A stretch of 64,000 nucleotides of DNA, from assembly GCF_030684315.1 (NCBI RefSeq), contig NC_081383.1, positions 42,288,979-42,352,978 on the forward strand, in the 5' to 3' direction. Position 1 is the stretch's first letter; every line of letters begins with the position of its first letter. Position numbers and translations under genes: made by a program. This DNA comes from Stegostoma tigrinum (taxonomy: Eukaryota). Under the pieces are notes generated by a model. The model worked only from the letters and a program-made list of their open reading frames with translations. It was not told where the DNA came from and searched no databases. Of the stretch, positions 38,705-52,139 are shown in pieces.

Positions 38705-40879
38705 GTAAGTGGCAATAACATCCAAAAACATATTAATCCTTATATTATGCAGACAATATCTGGTGTTCATGAAAATTGATTTCCAGGTGTCTTCATCAGC
38801 CTTACATTCCAAGTCAACGTAAAACCTGCTCATAATTTCTATAAATCCATGAACCAGAGCTTCAAACCTGAATGTATTAAAGCCTTACTTTGACTTGCCT
38901 TTGGCACTTACAAGGTCCCAATTTCATACAATAAAGTCATTATTTAGTGTGATTTCTTGTTTTTATGTCGTTGCTGTTGAATACACAATACAGCCATGAT
39001 TCAAGCTCTCCTTTTTTATATTTATTCATGGGATGAGGGTGTTGATGGTCATCATTAGACTCTTAATTCCAGATTGTTGAAAACTTCAAATTTAACCATA
39101 TGCCATGGTGGTATTCAAACCTAGGTTTTTGTCTTTATTTATTTACAGGATGAGGGCATTGCTGGCTTGGCAGCATTTATTGTCCAGAAGGCAGTTCAGA
39201 GTCAACTGCATTGCTGTGGGTCTGGAGTCAGATATAGGCCAGACCAAGTAAAGATAGAAACATACAAGATTGGGGCAGGAGGAGGCCATTTGGCCCTTTG
39301 AGCCTGCTCTGCCATTCTTCACGATCATGGCTGATCATCTGACTCAATTGCAGCATGGCAGCTTCCTTCCTGAATAATATTAGTCAACCATAGGGGTTTT
39401 TCCATCAATAGATAGTGGATTCATCATTAGATTCCAGATATGTGTTGAATTTAAAGTCCACCGTCTGCTGTGGCAGGATTTGAACCCGGATCCCCAGAAC
39501 ATTATCCAGGTGTACAGATTAATGTCTCAGCGACAATACCTCCAGGGTATCACTTCCCCTGTTTGAGAGTCTATTTTCTAAACCTTTATTATTGATATAC
39601 TTCAGCTTTATCATTGCAGTCCTGTAGTCATGTCTGGATTTAGAGTATTTAACCTATGAGTCTGTCCATGCAGTCCTTATTGAATCAGCTGCTAAGCTGT
39701 CTCCTAAATTGACAGTATGGTAGGAATGCAACATACAATCATTACAGATCAGAGTTGCACTGCCTACTGGTAAATAGTAAAGCAATAATATTCTGGGCGT
39801 GACTGTGCTCACACCTGAAGAAGGTATCAAACACTTTGGACTTAAGAATATGGAGCCTAAAGGTGTTTGTGATCTGCTATAAAATTTGCAAGATGTGAGG
39901 CAGCTGAGACAGATTTCTTGAATTTCTAAGCATTTGTTTGAAATGATACAACAGACCTATAAATCAATGTTTAAAATATTAGCACTGATTCTGTGGTTTA
40001 AAATATTCCATATTTAATGATTAATTCACATATACTGTTGAGATTTATTTCTTTTCACTTGTGTTGGATCAAAGTAGATCTTGGGCTGATTCCTAATGAC
40101 TTAGATCAGCCAGTATTTGAAGAAATAAAGCTAGCAGACTTTAGGTTAGCATGTGTGTCATAACAGTCCACAGCAACAGTGCTGCAGGTATATGTAACAT
40201 GTGATGCGTTATGTAACAATCCTTTAAGTTTCATCTCTCAGTATGAGTGTGTGATATGCAGAAGACTTCCAACAGTGTGTTGTTACATAAAACATTCACA
40301 GGGTCTGCAGTTACCTAGTAACAGAAACAAAGTTAGCACTTTGACAAAGTGATGCTTTCAGATTAGATCATGTGATGTGAACTGTCATTTTTACCACCTA
40401 CAGCTACTAAAGTGAATAATTGTTTAAAATCTACCTCCGCAGAGCTCGCGTATTTTTAAAGAAAGGAAGTAAATTGGTTTTCGTGCAGAAGTCATAATTA
40501 ACAGATCTTCGGTCTCCCACTCCCACTCCCATTCTCGAAACCACACCCACCCAACACACGCACATCTCAAATTGATCCACCCACACATCCTGCATTGCTT
40601 AGGGCATAAGTGGGAATGGAAAACCTAGAGAAGATCATTCAGCCACTCAAACCTGTTCCATCATTGTTAGATTATGGCTCATCAGTGCATTATTGTGTGC
40701 ATCTTCCATACTAATTGTTCACATCCACACACACACCACTGATCATCCAGGGGATGGACAAAGATTCACTTCTTTAAACAAGAAGGGCTTGACATTCTGA
40801 CACTATTATTCAATACTCTTCCAACACTTAACACATTCCTGGCACTGCTTCTTTCACACTTGCACTCGCTTTTGCTTCT

Positions 40880-41478
40880 CTGTGCCTCCCCCACTCTATT
40901 CCAAATCCCAGCACCATCATCAACCAACCAAAACAGTCCATACCTGGTACTCCACTATGCTGCAGCCTGGAACATCTTCACAGTCTTACTGTCAAGTCCT
41001 ATTTGTCCATCTTCCCTATGCTCCTAGCATGACAGTGCCTCAATGTAAAATCACCATCCTTACATTCAAATTCCCCCATCTCAGTGTTTCCTATTCGGTA
41101 AGCTCCTTTGGCTCTAAAATCCTCCTGGATCTCTGTGCTTCTCCGTAGAAACATGGAGGATAGGAGCAGGAATGCACTGTTTGAGCCTGCTCTGCCAAAT
41201 GACTAGAATATGGCTGATTTTCTGCCTGAATGCCATTTCCCTCAACTATCCCCACATCCTTTAATTTCTTGAGTATACAGAAATCCATCTCTACCTTCTG
41301 ACTTTTGCACATTTTTCAATTACCTCACCCCATTATTGATGAGCTTCTCTTCAGCTTCCTGGGCCTAAACCCAGGAATTCGCTCCCCTCCATTAAGAAGC
41401 TTTTAAAAATGTATATTCCATGTAACATTTTATTACTGTGAAACTCTTTGGGATGTTTTTAACTTTGATAAAGCTATG
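40880..41478 (+). mobile_element. Old L2-like LINE 3' remnant
   Basis: KITILTFK-type RT tail motif and an L2-like 3' end (tgtgaaactctttgggatgttt). Confidence 0.4.
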
Positions 41479-41991
41479 ATGTTAGTTCCAATACAAAAAC
41501 AAAGTTGCTTGAAAAGCTCAGCAGGTCTGGCAGCATCTGTGAAAGAAGAAACAGAGTTAACATTTCGAGCCTGGTGACCCTTCCTCTGAACTGATGGTGA
41601 CTGGGAAAACATCAGTTTATATGCAGAAAATAGGAATGTAAGTTCCAGTTGTGTTTTGAAAAGGGAAAATTGTACTTGACAATCATGGCTTCACCTTTAC
41701 AATAACCTCTCTCGCCCATGCAACATTGTCACTATCAACACGTGGGCACTGCATAAAATTATGGGGGGATATCTTGAACCCTAGGCTGTCTGCCTAAGGG
41801 GGTCTAGGTGCAATTTTCTCAATTTTTATCTCCAAACTGGTCAGGGGTTTTAATCTGGACTGTCAACTGTTCCAAGAGGTTGGGATGGGGGATTGTTTAT
41901 CGGGACATGCAAGGTGTCACAGCTGTGAGACAGGACCCTAGTTCCAGTGGATCTTTTCTGTTTAATGTTGCAATGTGCATTTATGTTTCAG

Positions 41992-42140
41992 GATAAAGAA
42001 TGCATCGGAGCAGTTAACGTCCTCTCAGCCTGGCCCTTGTCTGGATAAAATAAAACTGGATAGAATAAAAAACCATACACAGAAAAACTTCGAGCTGGTT
42101 TCCCAGGTGAAGAGGGACAGAGATCGTTTGATTTCTCTCT
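41992..42140 (+). CDS. TRIM coding exon 5 (linker, 149 nt)
   Basis: Acceptor ttatgtttcag, donor T|gtaagt. Open in the required phase 2-1: (R)IKNASEQLTSSQPGPCLDKIKLDRIKNHTQKNFELVSQVKRDRDRLISL(Y). Confidence 0.88.
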
Positions 42141-42504
42141 GTAAGTAAGACTTCTTGAGACGGAATGAGCTAGATGCAATGGGTTGTACTGTTTTTGTTT
42201 GTAATAATGCCACCTTACAACACTGGAGGAGTTTATTTGGGTCATCGTGCTTGTGCTGGTTCATTGAAAGAGCTATCCAGGGAATCTCATTCCTTCACTC
42301 TTTCCCTGTTTGTTACCTTTGAGTGCATATCTAATTCTTTCAAAAAAAAGCTATTTTTAAAAATTTTGTTTACTTATTTATTTGAAACCTGTTTGAACAT
42401 TAAATATTAAAAGAATGATGGTGGTGGCAGGGGGGGCATGTGAACCAAAGCAGCAGAGCAGGATGGCAGAGGATATTAGGATGAACAAGCTGGGCTAGTT
42501 TTTT

Positions 42505-42845
42505 GTTTATTCATTCATGGGATGAGGGTGTCGCTAGCTAGGCCAGCATTTATCGCCATCCCTAAATGGGAATTAAGAGTCAATCACTGCAGGTTTGGAG
42601 TCACATGTAGGCGAGAACAAGTAAGGACGGCAGTTTCCTTATGTAAAAGACATTAGAGAACCAGATGGGTTTTTCCTGACAATCAACAATGGATTCATGG
42701 TCGACATTAGACTCCTAATTCTAGATTTTTATTGAATTCAAATTCCACCATCTGCCATGGTGGGATTTGAATCCAGGCCCCAGAATACTACCTGGGTCTC
42801 TGGATTAATAGATCATTGATAATACTCTACACTGTGCCTCTCCCA
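42505..42845 (-). mobile_element. SINE-like repeat sharing its 3' tail with the second LINE family
   Basis: Recurrent ggagtcacatgtaggc...gtaagga.ggcag...gaaccagatggg core. Copies near 16095-16260(+), 30985-31315(-), 37370-37550(-), 39010-39560(-), 62850-63095(-). Confidence 0.7.
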
Positions 42846-45800
42846 ATGAACACGACAGGGCTGTAAAAAGGTTCATTGAGTAAGCCAGGAGGGAAAAGTA
42901 ATAAAAAGATGCTGAAGGACAGGATGGAGTGTACAGCCAAAATTAGAGTTCTCTACACAGATGCACAGAGTGTAAAAGGAACAAATTAAATGAGTTGCAT
43001 GCACAGATTCAAATTGGAAACTATGATACAGTAGCCGTTACGGAGACATGGCTGCAGGATGGTCAGACTAAACATGACATGTTGTAATGTTTACAGGAAG
43101 GATAGAGAAAATGGAGGAGTGTTATGGATTAGAAACAGAATCACTTCTGTGGTGAGGGAGGATGCAATGAGAGGAAAATACCCAGTACAGATCCTGAGTT
43201 TCTCTGAGTCTCCATAAAGGAACTAAAAACCACGGTAGGTGTTATAGAAAGGTCACCTAATAGCAGCTCAGAAGTGCTATGTTATAAAAATGTTGGAAAT
43301 AGGCAACTCTGCAGTAAAGGCAGAGGAGGAATGGGGGATTTAAAACTTAACATCGACTGGGGGAGGCAGACAAGGACCTGCTCGAAAGTTTGTGAATTTC
43401 TAGAGTGTGTCCAGGATAGTTTCCTACGGCAATGTCTTGGATGTGATAAGGGGACAAGCAGTATTGGATGTACTAATGAGCAATGAGCCTGATTTAATTA
43501 GTGGTGAATATGAAAGGTTTGAAGGGATATGGGCCAAATGCATGCAAGTGGGCTTAGTTTAGTTTGTGAAATTTGACCGGCATGAAGGAGTTGGACTTAA
43601 AGTTCTGTTTCTGTGCTGTATGGATGTATGACTCTGTGACCTAGTAATTCATGAGTATTTGTCAAACAGTGATCATAATGTGATCCCGCGTCATGTTATG
43701 TTTGTAAGAGATGTATAAAGATTGGCTACTAGAATTGTGGATTCAGGTAAGGCAGACTTTAATGAGAGGAGACAGAGACTGTCATTAGTAAGCTGGGAAG
43801 CTCTGTGAATAGATAAAAACAACTTAGGATGGTGTTCAAAGAAAAATTTAATGCCATTCAGAAGCAGTTTGCACCCATGAGAAGGAAAAGCTCAACCTCA
43901 CAAAAAAGAACAGCTATGGACAGCTAAGGAGGTAAAGGACAGCATAAAATTAAAGGAAAGGGCTTGTAAAAATGCAAAGAACAATACAGATCCCACAAAA
44001 TGGGACAAATATATAGATTAACAAAGGCCGCAAAGTGACTTGAATGAGTGACTAAAAAGGATTATGAAATAAAACTTCCAAGGGACATAACAGACAATAA
44101 GAAGAGATTTTGTAGTTATATAAAGGGAAAGCAGCTGGCAGTGTACTAGTGGCCCACTGACGGCTGGGAGTGAGGACATAGTCAGTGACCATGGGGAGAC
44201 AGCAGACATGATAAATGGCTATTTTGCTTTGATATTCACAGCAGAAATGGAGGATAACTTGCTGGAAGTGCCAAAGAAATTAACAAAGGATCAGAAACAG
44301 GGTAAACAGGGTAAGCAGCATAAGTAAGCTATCAACAATAGGGAATTGAATGGAACTGAACAGTGACAAATTCCCAGGACCTGCCGGCTTCCATCTGTGG
44401 GGTGTTAAAGGACGTAGGACAGCACATTGCCAATGCCGTAACCATAATCTCAGAAGTAGAATTGTCATGTGTAGTCAAGTACAGGGATACAGAAGTACAG
44501 TGAAAAGTTTACAATGTTGCCATTCATGGTGCCATCTTAGGTACAAAGTATCTAGGTACAAAATCTTAAGCAAAAAGTAAAAAAAAAGAAATAAGTTATA
44601 AGTTCCAAACTGCAAATCTTCCCTGGATTTGGGAGTTGTGCTTCTGGATTGGAAAGTTGCTCATATTACTTGCTCTTTAAGAAAGATGACAGAGGGAAAC
44701 CAGGGAATTACAGAGCAGTGAGTATAACATCTGTGGTGGGGAAATCACAGGAGTCAATAATTAATGGTAACTGATCACCTTGGAAAATGACAATTCGTCA
44801 GGGAGAGTCAGCTTTGATTCATAAAGAGTCGGTCATACCCGACAAACCTGAATTTTTTTTGAAGAGGTGACATGTCAATGGATGTTGTTTTTTCTATGGA
44901 CATCCAGAAGGTTTTTGATAAAGTCCTGCACAAGGTGGAAACCCACAGAACTGAGGGAAAATTACTGACATGGATGGGAAATTGGTTGTGTGGCAGAAAA
45001 CAACAACTTGGAATAATGGGAAATTGGAAGGACGTGACTAATGGTGTCACACAGGGATCTCTGTTGGAGACTCAGTTATTTGCAATATTCATTAACAACT
45101 CAGATAATGGCATTAAAAAGCCAAATATACAAATTTACTGACAACATAAAATTGGGTAGCATTGTAGGCAGTGTTAACGATAGTATTAAGTTACAACAGG
45201 GTGTTGATAGATTAGGTGAGAGCTGTGGCAGAAGGATTTTAACATTAGCAAGTGTGAGGTTATCTATTTCAAATTGCTAAGGGACAATCCAGGGTTATTT
45301 AAGGAGGCTGTCCAATGAGATGTGGGGTTCAGGTGGAGAGCTCTTTAAAATGCTGTAAAGAGCCGCAGAGAATAGGCAAGAAGGCTAATGGAATGCTGGC
45401 CTTTATATATAAAGGGCTGGAGTGTAGGGGTGGACACATTATGCTGCAGTTATGCAACATCCTACTTAGACCCCACTTAGAGTACTGTGAGCAGCTCTGG
45501 GCACCACACTTTTGGAAGGATGTTTGGACACAGGAAGGACTTCAACACAAGTTTACAAGGATGATACCTGGACTTCAGGGGTTAAGTTATCACAGAATCA
45601 TAGAATCCCTACAATGTGGAAACAGGCTCTTCGGCCCAACAAGTTCACGCTGACCCTCTGAAGAGCATCCCTCCCAGACCCATCCCCCTATAACCCACCT
45701 AATCCACACATCACTGAACGCTATGGGCAATTTAGCATGGCTAATCCATCTAACCCGCACGTCTTTGGACTTAGAGGAGAGATTAGACAAATTAGGCCTA

Positions 45801-45907
45801 TATTCTCTAGAATTTAGAAGGCTAAGGGGTGATCTGATCACGGTCTTCAGGATGTTAACAAGGTAGATGAAGGTAAACTATTTCTATTGATGGAAGATTC
45901 TAGAACT

Positions 45908-46770
45908 TTTATAGATGTTGCAACATATTGGTAGCTCAGGTAAATTGGTTGGCTGTTGGTTTGTTCGTCGAGCTTGGCAAATGAATTTCAAATGTTTCAT
46001 CTCCAGTCAAGAAGACATCATCAGTGCATAGGTGGGTGATTCCTCTGGTGCTCGCATTTATATAGGTTGCCTAAGAGCAGTTAATGTTCTCGATTTTTGA
46101 TTGGTAGATATTTTAGTGGTTAATGTTCTCGATTTTGATTGGTAGATATTTTTTAGTAGTTAATGTTCTCGATTTTGATTGGTAGATATTTTTTAGTAGT
46201 TAATGTTCTTGATTTTGATTGGTAGATATTTTAGTAACCTAACTCAAGTTTGTGTTATGGTTTGTCAAGTCGCCATTTGATTGGTTGTTTGGAGGTTGTT
46301 TGAATCGTTTCTGCGCGCCTCGGATTTGTGGTGTTTGGTCTCTTCCGCAGTTCCGCTGAGTTCGTTGCTCCCTTGTCCATAATGGCTGGTAGGCTGGATC
46401 GATTTCGATGTGCTTGTTTATTGCTTCTTCAGATGAGTACCATGCCTCGATAAATTCCTGTTCTTGTTTGGTATTTCCTTGTGCCAGTACCTTCACGTTG
46501 TTCCAGTCAAACTGGTGTCCCTTTTGGTCCTCATGGATGGATACCAGTGACATTGGGTCGTGCCTTCGGGCAGTTACTAAAATATCTACCAATCAAAATC
46601 GAGAACATTAACTACAAAAAAAATCCACCAATCAAAATCGAGAACATTAATTACTCTTAGGCAACCTATATAAATGCGAGCACCAGAGGAATCACCCACC
46701 TGATGTCGTCTCGACTGGAGACGAAACGTTTGCAATTCATTTGCCAAGCTCGGCGAACAAACCAACAGCC
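45908..46770 (-). mobile_element. Penelope (Poseidon-like) 3' fragment with inverted termini and 12-bp TSD
   Basis: ORF 46239-46592(-) has GIY-YIG C-terminal motifs (GHQFDW..VKVL...FIEAW...INK). Ends are reverse-complementary. Direct repeat gattctagaact at 45896-45907 and 46771-46782. Confidence 0.85.
46081..46232. repeat. About 40-bp tandem repeat x4 inside the Penelope element
   Basis: ttaatgttctcgattttgattggtagatatttt(t)agt repeated; inverted copies at 46575-46650. Confidence 0.9.
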
Positions 46771-47309
46771 GATTCTAGAACTGGGGATGTGGTCTGAGAA
46801 TTGGGGCCAGCCCTTTCAGGAGAAATGTTATGAGTAGTGGAGATTTGGAACTCTTTTCCTCAAACGATGATCAATGCTAATTCACTTGTTAAATTTAAAT
46901 CTGAGATACCCTTTTTTAATTAAAAAATTGTCTATCATGGGGTGAGGGCCCAAGGCAGACAGATGGATTAAGGCCACACGTTACCCATGATCCTATTGAA
47001 CTGTGGAACAGGCTTAATGGGCTGAACAGCCTACTCCTATTTCTATGTATTTCTGAATTTCAAACCATCTGCCAATTTCAAAATTATGGCTTCTCAAGGC
47101 AGATCTGTGAGGAGGCCTTGCAGTGCAGAAGTTCCAGGTTTAAGTCCCACTCCAGGACTCAGTGCATAAATAAAAACTAGGAGCAGAAGATTACATTCCT
47201 GCCTTTCCCGGTTAAACTTCACCCCCTCCCCCAGTCAGGAATTATTCAGCCTCTACCTCAAAAATGTTCAACTATGTTTTCCCTATGGCTTAATGAGTTC
47301 ATGAACCAA

Positions 47310-47840
47310 GTACAAGATGTTGATGAGGCCTTTTCTGGAGCACAGTTCTGGTCACCCTGTTATTGGAAGGGTATTATCAAGCTGGAGAGAATTCAGAAAA
47401 GATTTACTAGTCTGTGGCTGGAAGTGTAAGGTTTGAGTTATACGAAGAGGCTGGCTAAGCTGGGACTTTTTCCCATGGAGTGTAGGAGGTTGAGGGGTGA
47501 CCTTATTTTATAAAATCATGACGGATATAGTTAGAGTTAATAGCTGGTGTCTTTTCCCTAGGGTGGGGAATTTCAAGACTGGGGTGCATACTTCTAAGGT
47601 GAGAGGAGAAAGGTATAAAAAGACTTGGGGCAATTTTTCTTTTACACAGACAATGGTTCGTGTGTGGATTGAAATGCCAGAGAAAGTTGTGGATGTAGGT
47701 ATAATTACAACATTTAAAGGACATTTGGTAAGTGTCTAAACAAGAAAGGTTTGGAGGGATATGGGACACAAGCAGGTAGGTGGGGGATTAGTTTAGTTTG
47801 GAATTATGGTCAGCATGGACTGGTTGGGCTGATGGGTCTG
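47310..47840 (+). mobile_element. CR1-like LINE 3' fragment
   Basis: YKIM....RVNS..LFPRVG and CR1-type tail ctgtatgact. Confidence 0.75.
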
Positions 47841-47842
47841 TA

Positions 47843-48596
47843 TCTGTGCTGTATGACTCCATACCCAATAAGAGAGAATCTAATCACCATTCCTTGACAT
47901 TCAATGGTGTTACCATCCCTGAATTCCTGGGGGTTGCCACTGACCAGAAACTCAACTGGTCCCATCACATTAACAGAATGGCTACAAGAGCAGACCTGAA
48001 GTTAGGAATACTGTGGCGAGTAACTCACCTTCTGATTCCTCAAAACCTCCCCACCATCTACAAGGCACAAGTCAGGAGTGTGACAGAATACTCCCCACTT
48101 GCCTGGATGAGTGCAGCCCCAACAACACTCAAGAAGCTTGACACTATCCAGGATAAAACAGCCCGCTTGATTGGCACCACATCCGCAAGCATCCACTCCC
48201 TCCACCACTGATGTTCAATATCAACAGTGTGTTCCATCTACAAGATGCACTGCAGAAATTCACCAAAGATCCTCGGACAGCATCTTCCAAACCCATGACC
48301 ACTTCCATCTAGAAGGACAAGGGCAGCAGAAATATGGGAACATCACCACCTCCAAGTTCCTCTCCAAGACACTCACCATCCTGAGTTGGAAATATCTCAC
48401 TATTCCTTCACTGCCACTGAGTCAAAATCCTGGAATTCCCTCCCAAATAGCATTGTGGGTCAGCCCATAGCAGGAGGACTGTAGCAGCTCAAGAAAGCAG
48501 CTCACTACCACCTTCTCAAGGAGGGTGACTAGAGATGGGCAAAAAATGCTAGCCCAGCCAGTAACGCCCACATCCCACACATGAATAGAAATAAAA
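47843..48596 (+). mobile_element. Second LINE family (CR1/L2 group) 3' fragment
   Basis: YKAQVRSVTEYSPLAWMSAAPTTLKKLDTIQDKTARLIG; tail cccacatccca..tgaata. Confidence 0.8.
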
Positions 48597-48904
48597 AATG
48601 CCTCAATTGTCTTTTGAGGAAGTGAGTTCCAAAGACTTGTGATCCTCCGAAAGAAAAAAAACTCTTCATCTCTGTCTTAAATGGGTGCTCCACTAATCTT
48701 TAAACAGTGACCCACAGTTCTAGATTTTCTCAAAGTCCCTTCTACTTCCACACTGTAAAGATCCCTTAGGATCTTATGTTTTAATCAAGCCACCTCATAT
48801 ATTATAAACTCTAGCCTATCCAACCTTACCCTATTAGACAAACTGCCGTTCCAGGTACTGAGGAGCAAGGAGGTTGAGTTCCTAACACAACCAATGAATG
48901 AGGT

Positions 48905-49325
48905 TATTGACTTGCTCGCCAAGCTGGCTTGTTTTTGTTTTAATGTTTTGTCACCATGCTAAGTGACATCATCAGTGGAGGCTCCACTTAGGTGATGTTA
49001 TTCTACTCCGCTCGGAATTTATACTGTCCAGTCTTTTAAGGTAAGTACTGTCATTTGGGGGTTTTGATCTGTATGGGTTTATAAATGGGGTCCGTTTCTA
49101 TATGTTTGTTGATTAAAGTATGGGTAGAGAGCCATGTCTCTAGGAATTCCTGCGTGTGTTTATGTTTGGCTTGGGCTACTATGGTTACATTGTCCCAGTT
49201 AAACTGATGGGCTTCATTGTCTGAATGTACAGATATTAAGGAGAGTTCATCGTGCCCTTTTGCTGCTAGCTAATGTTTGTGTATTCTGATGGTTAGGTTC
49301 CTTCCTGTCTGTCTGATATAATGTA
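48905..49325 (-). mobile_element. Penelope (Poseidon-like) 3' fragment
   Basis: Minus strand reads YIRQTGRNL..RI..H...HQFNWDNVTIVAQ, followed by a degenerate hammerhead motif. Confidence 0.75.
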
Positions 49326-49339
49326 ATACCACGCATAGA

Positions 49340-50810
49340 TTGCCACAAACATTACATCGGACAGAGAGGTGTGTGGCATGTGCCCATGGTAACCCCCTGG
49401 ATTTCGAGAAAGTGGGAAGAATTGAGTGAAAAGTTATTGAGAGTGAGGACTAATTCAGCGAGGCGGAGGAGGGTTTTGGTGGGAGTGGGGGTACTTTAGA
49501 GAGGTAAAAACTGAGGGCCTGCAGACTGTCTTGTTGGGTGTGGATGTGTATAGGGACCGAATGTCCGTAGTATAGGTGAAGCACTGGAGGCCAGGGAACT
49601 GGAAGTTTCTGAAGAGGTGGAGGGTGTGGTTTGTGTCCTGGATCTAGTTGGGGAGTGACTGGACCAAGGGAAGAGAATGGAGGTAGGAAGAGATGAGTTC
49701 CATGGGGCAGGAGCATGCAAGCGACGATGGGTTGGCCAAGGTATTTGGGTTTGTGGATCCTGGGGAGCAGGTAGAACTGGGCAGTGTGAGGCTGGGGTAC
49801 TGTAAAGTTGGGGTGGGGTGGAAGGGAGGTCACCATTTGCAATGAGGTCATGGGCAGTTTGGGAGAGTAGCTTGGTGGGTCATAGTGGGGTCATAGTCAA
49901 CGGGGAGGTAGAATGTGATATTGGAGAGTTTGCGTTTGGCCTCTGCAACATAGATGTCCATCCTTCAGACTACCATCGCCCTGCCTTTGTCAGTGGGTTT
50001 GATGGTGAAATGGAAATTGGTTTGGTGAGAGTGGAGAGACCCACGTTCAGAAGGGGAAACGTTGAAGTGGGTGATGCTAACTGCCAACATGACAATGAAG
50101 AGGTCCAGTGCGGGTAAGAGGCCGTGATGGGGTGTTCAAGAGGAGGAGGAAGGTTGGAGGTGGGAGAAGGGGTCCCTAGAAGGTAGCTGGGAGTTTTTAA
50201 TCGAAGAAGAAGGCATGGAGGTGCAGACGGAGGGAGTAAAGCTCCACATCATGGCAGGTACGGTACTCATTTCACTGATCATCTTCAGCTGGCCCAAAAC
50301 AGCCAGCCTATCCTGTTGGTCACCACCTGTTTCAAATCCCTCCTCCCCATGTCCATCCTCTGCTTTCTCCAGTGTCGCAGTGAATCAGAGCACACGTTTA
50401 AGGAACGATTAAGGAACGATACCATATCTTCTGCCTGGGCACCTTACAGCCCAGAGGACTTAATATTGAGTTCTCCAATTTCAAATGACCTTCCCACCCA
50501 TCCCCTGGCTCCTTTTCCAGCCCCGTCTCCTCCCTTCCATTCTACCTATTCACCCTTCCTTTCAGCTACCAACCAGATTTGTCCCTCCCATTGACCAATC
50601 AGGTCGTACCTACCACCCATGCCCACCTATCACCATAATTCCACTACTCTCCGCACTCCCTTTATCTGCAGCTCCCCCTCCCCACCACCTCCAGCCCTGA
50701 AGAAGGGTAATACCTGAAACATTAACTGCTCCTTTCCTCCAGATGCTGCCTGGCCTGCTGTGTTCTTCCAGCCTCCTATTAGTCTACCTTGGATTCCAGA
50801 ATCTGCAGGT
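49340..50810. mobile_element. Penelope-like element: RT part on minus strand joined to 3' end/pseudo-LTR on plus strand
   Basis: ORF 49450-49851(-) FYLLPRIHKP...PIV. 50310-50810(+) resembles the 3' end of the 60340-62052 element. Confidence 0.75.
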
Positions 50811-52139
50811 TTTTTTTCTCTTGTGGTGAACATCAGTGGCCAGCCTATCCCCAGAAATGGAACAGAGATGCTGAGGAAGGAATTTGATATGATTTGATTT
50901 GATTTATTGTAGTCACATGTACAGTGAAAAGCTTTGTTTTGCAAGCAGTTCAGGCAGATCATAACCAACAAGGATATACAGTCCATAGAGCGTTTAGACA
51001 GGTGAGGAATAGAAGGTTACAACTGCACAGGAGATGCACAAAGCAAGATCAACAATTATCTGAAGTCAGAGCGGTTCATTCAGCCTCCTAATAACAGCAG
51101 AAGGGAGGAGTCAGAGATGGGCCAAATGAAGGTGAAGGCAGGTTGGAAATTAGAATTAATTCCTGGATTCCTAATTGCAAATGAGAGACAGAAGCTGCAC
51201 CAACAATGTCAGAAAGAGTTGTGGGTGGGGGCTCAAGTAGGATTGGAACAATGAATGTTCCACCTACCCCACAAAGAGGCAGGCATAACTGGTCTTAATT
51301 TAAGTGGCAGCCCATTGCCCGCAGGGATGGATCTAAAGGTGGAGTGGAGCCAACAAGCTGGCATGTTCAGACCACCCATCTCCACGTATGGCCAATCAGA
51401 GCCTAAACATTGTGTTCCATTACTCAACTGGGAATAAAAACTGTTCAATCAGTTACCCTATAATAGCTTCAAAACCAAAACTTGGCAGAAGGGCATTTCA
51501 CCATTTTCTGAAGCCAATGAGAGTGATGTCAAGTTAACAAGTGCTTCTCAGCATCAAAGAACTTTGACCTTTCTTGAACAACCAATAACAATTGAAGCTG
51601 GATCGAATGTCACGTATTAATTAATGATTGATAGATTTTGTTTTCCAAATGTATTAAAGAACATGGAGCAAAAGAAAGGCTCAATTTCAGCATTGTCTCT
51701 TTAAATAGACACAAAGGACTCTTTGGCCTTTTCCTGTTCCTATAATGTTGAAATAACACGGGATTAAAAATGAAAAATATCCCAAAATCTTTCCTGATAA
51801 ATGTGATGAACTAATATGGAGCAAAAACGACCAAAGATTAGAAAGAAAATCTACTACCAGTTAGGAGCAGGAAAATGAAACTGATTGGACAGCAATTTCA
51901 AAGTGCAAGTGCGGTGAAAACCGACCATTTGGCCTGCTTCCATCCGGTAAGCTTCTAGGATTCTAATAATCCTATCATCAAGATGAGAGACCACAAATGG
52001 TGATCTAGATCTTGTTCTGTGCACCAAGACACAAGCAAGCCTTTGCAGACTATACAGAGAAGAAGCATGAGACTAAACCCTAGAGTTGGGCTTATGTTGT
52101 AATGGAAGGTGAGGGATTTTCCTTTGAATCCCCCAGTAG

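Larger units (their letters stand above)
42930..47045 (+). mobile_element. Decayed CR1-type LINE ORF2 (endonuclease, RT, 3' end) with nested insertions
   Basis: Fragments YDTVAVTETWL, MGDL, KFPGP, PGNYR.VS.TS, DIQKVFDKV, GVTQGSLL, RPHLEYC.Q.W, FTRMIPG; many frameshifts. Interrupted near 43518-43635, 44455-44605, 45590-45771 and 45908-46770. Confidence 0.85.

Noticed and set aside
46081-46232. CRISPR-like periodic repeat
   Set aside because: Head-to-tail tandem units with no unique spacers, in a eukaryotic retroelement.
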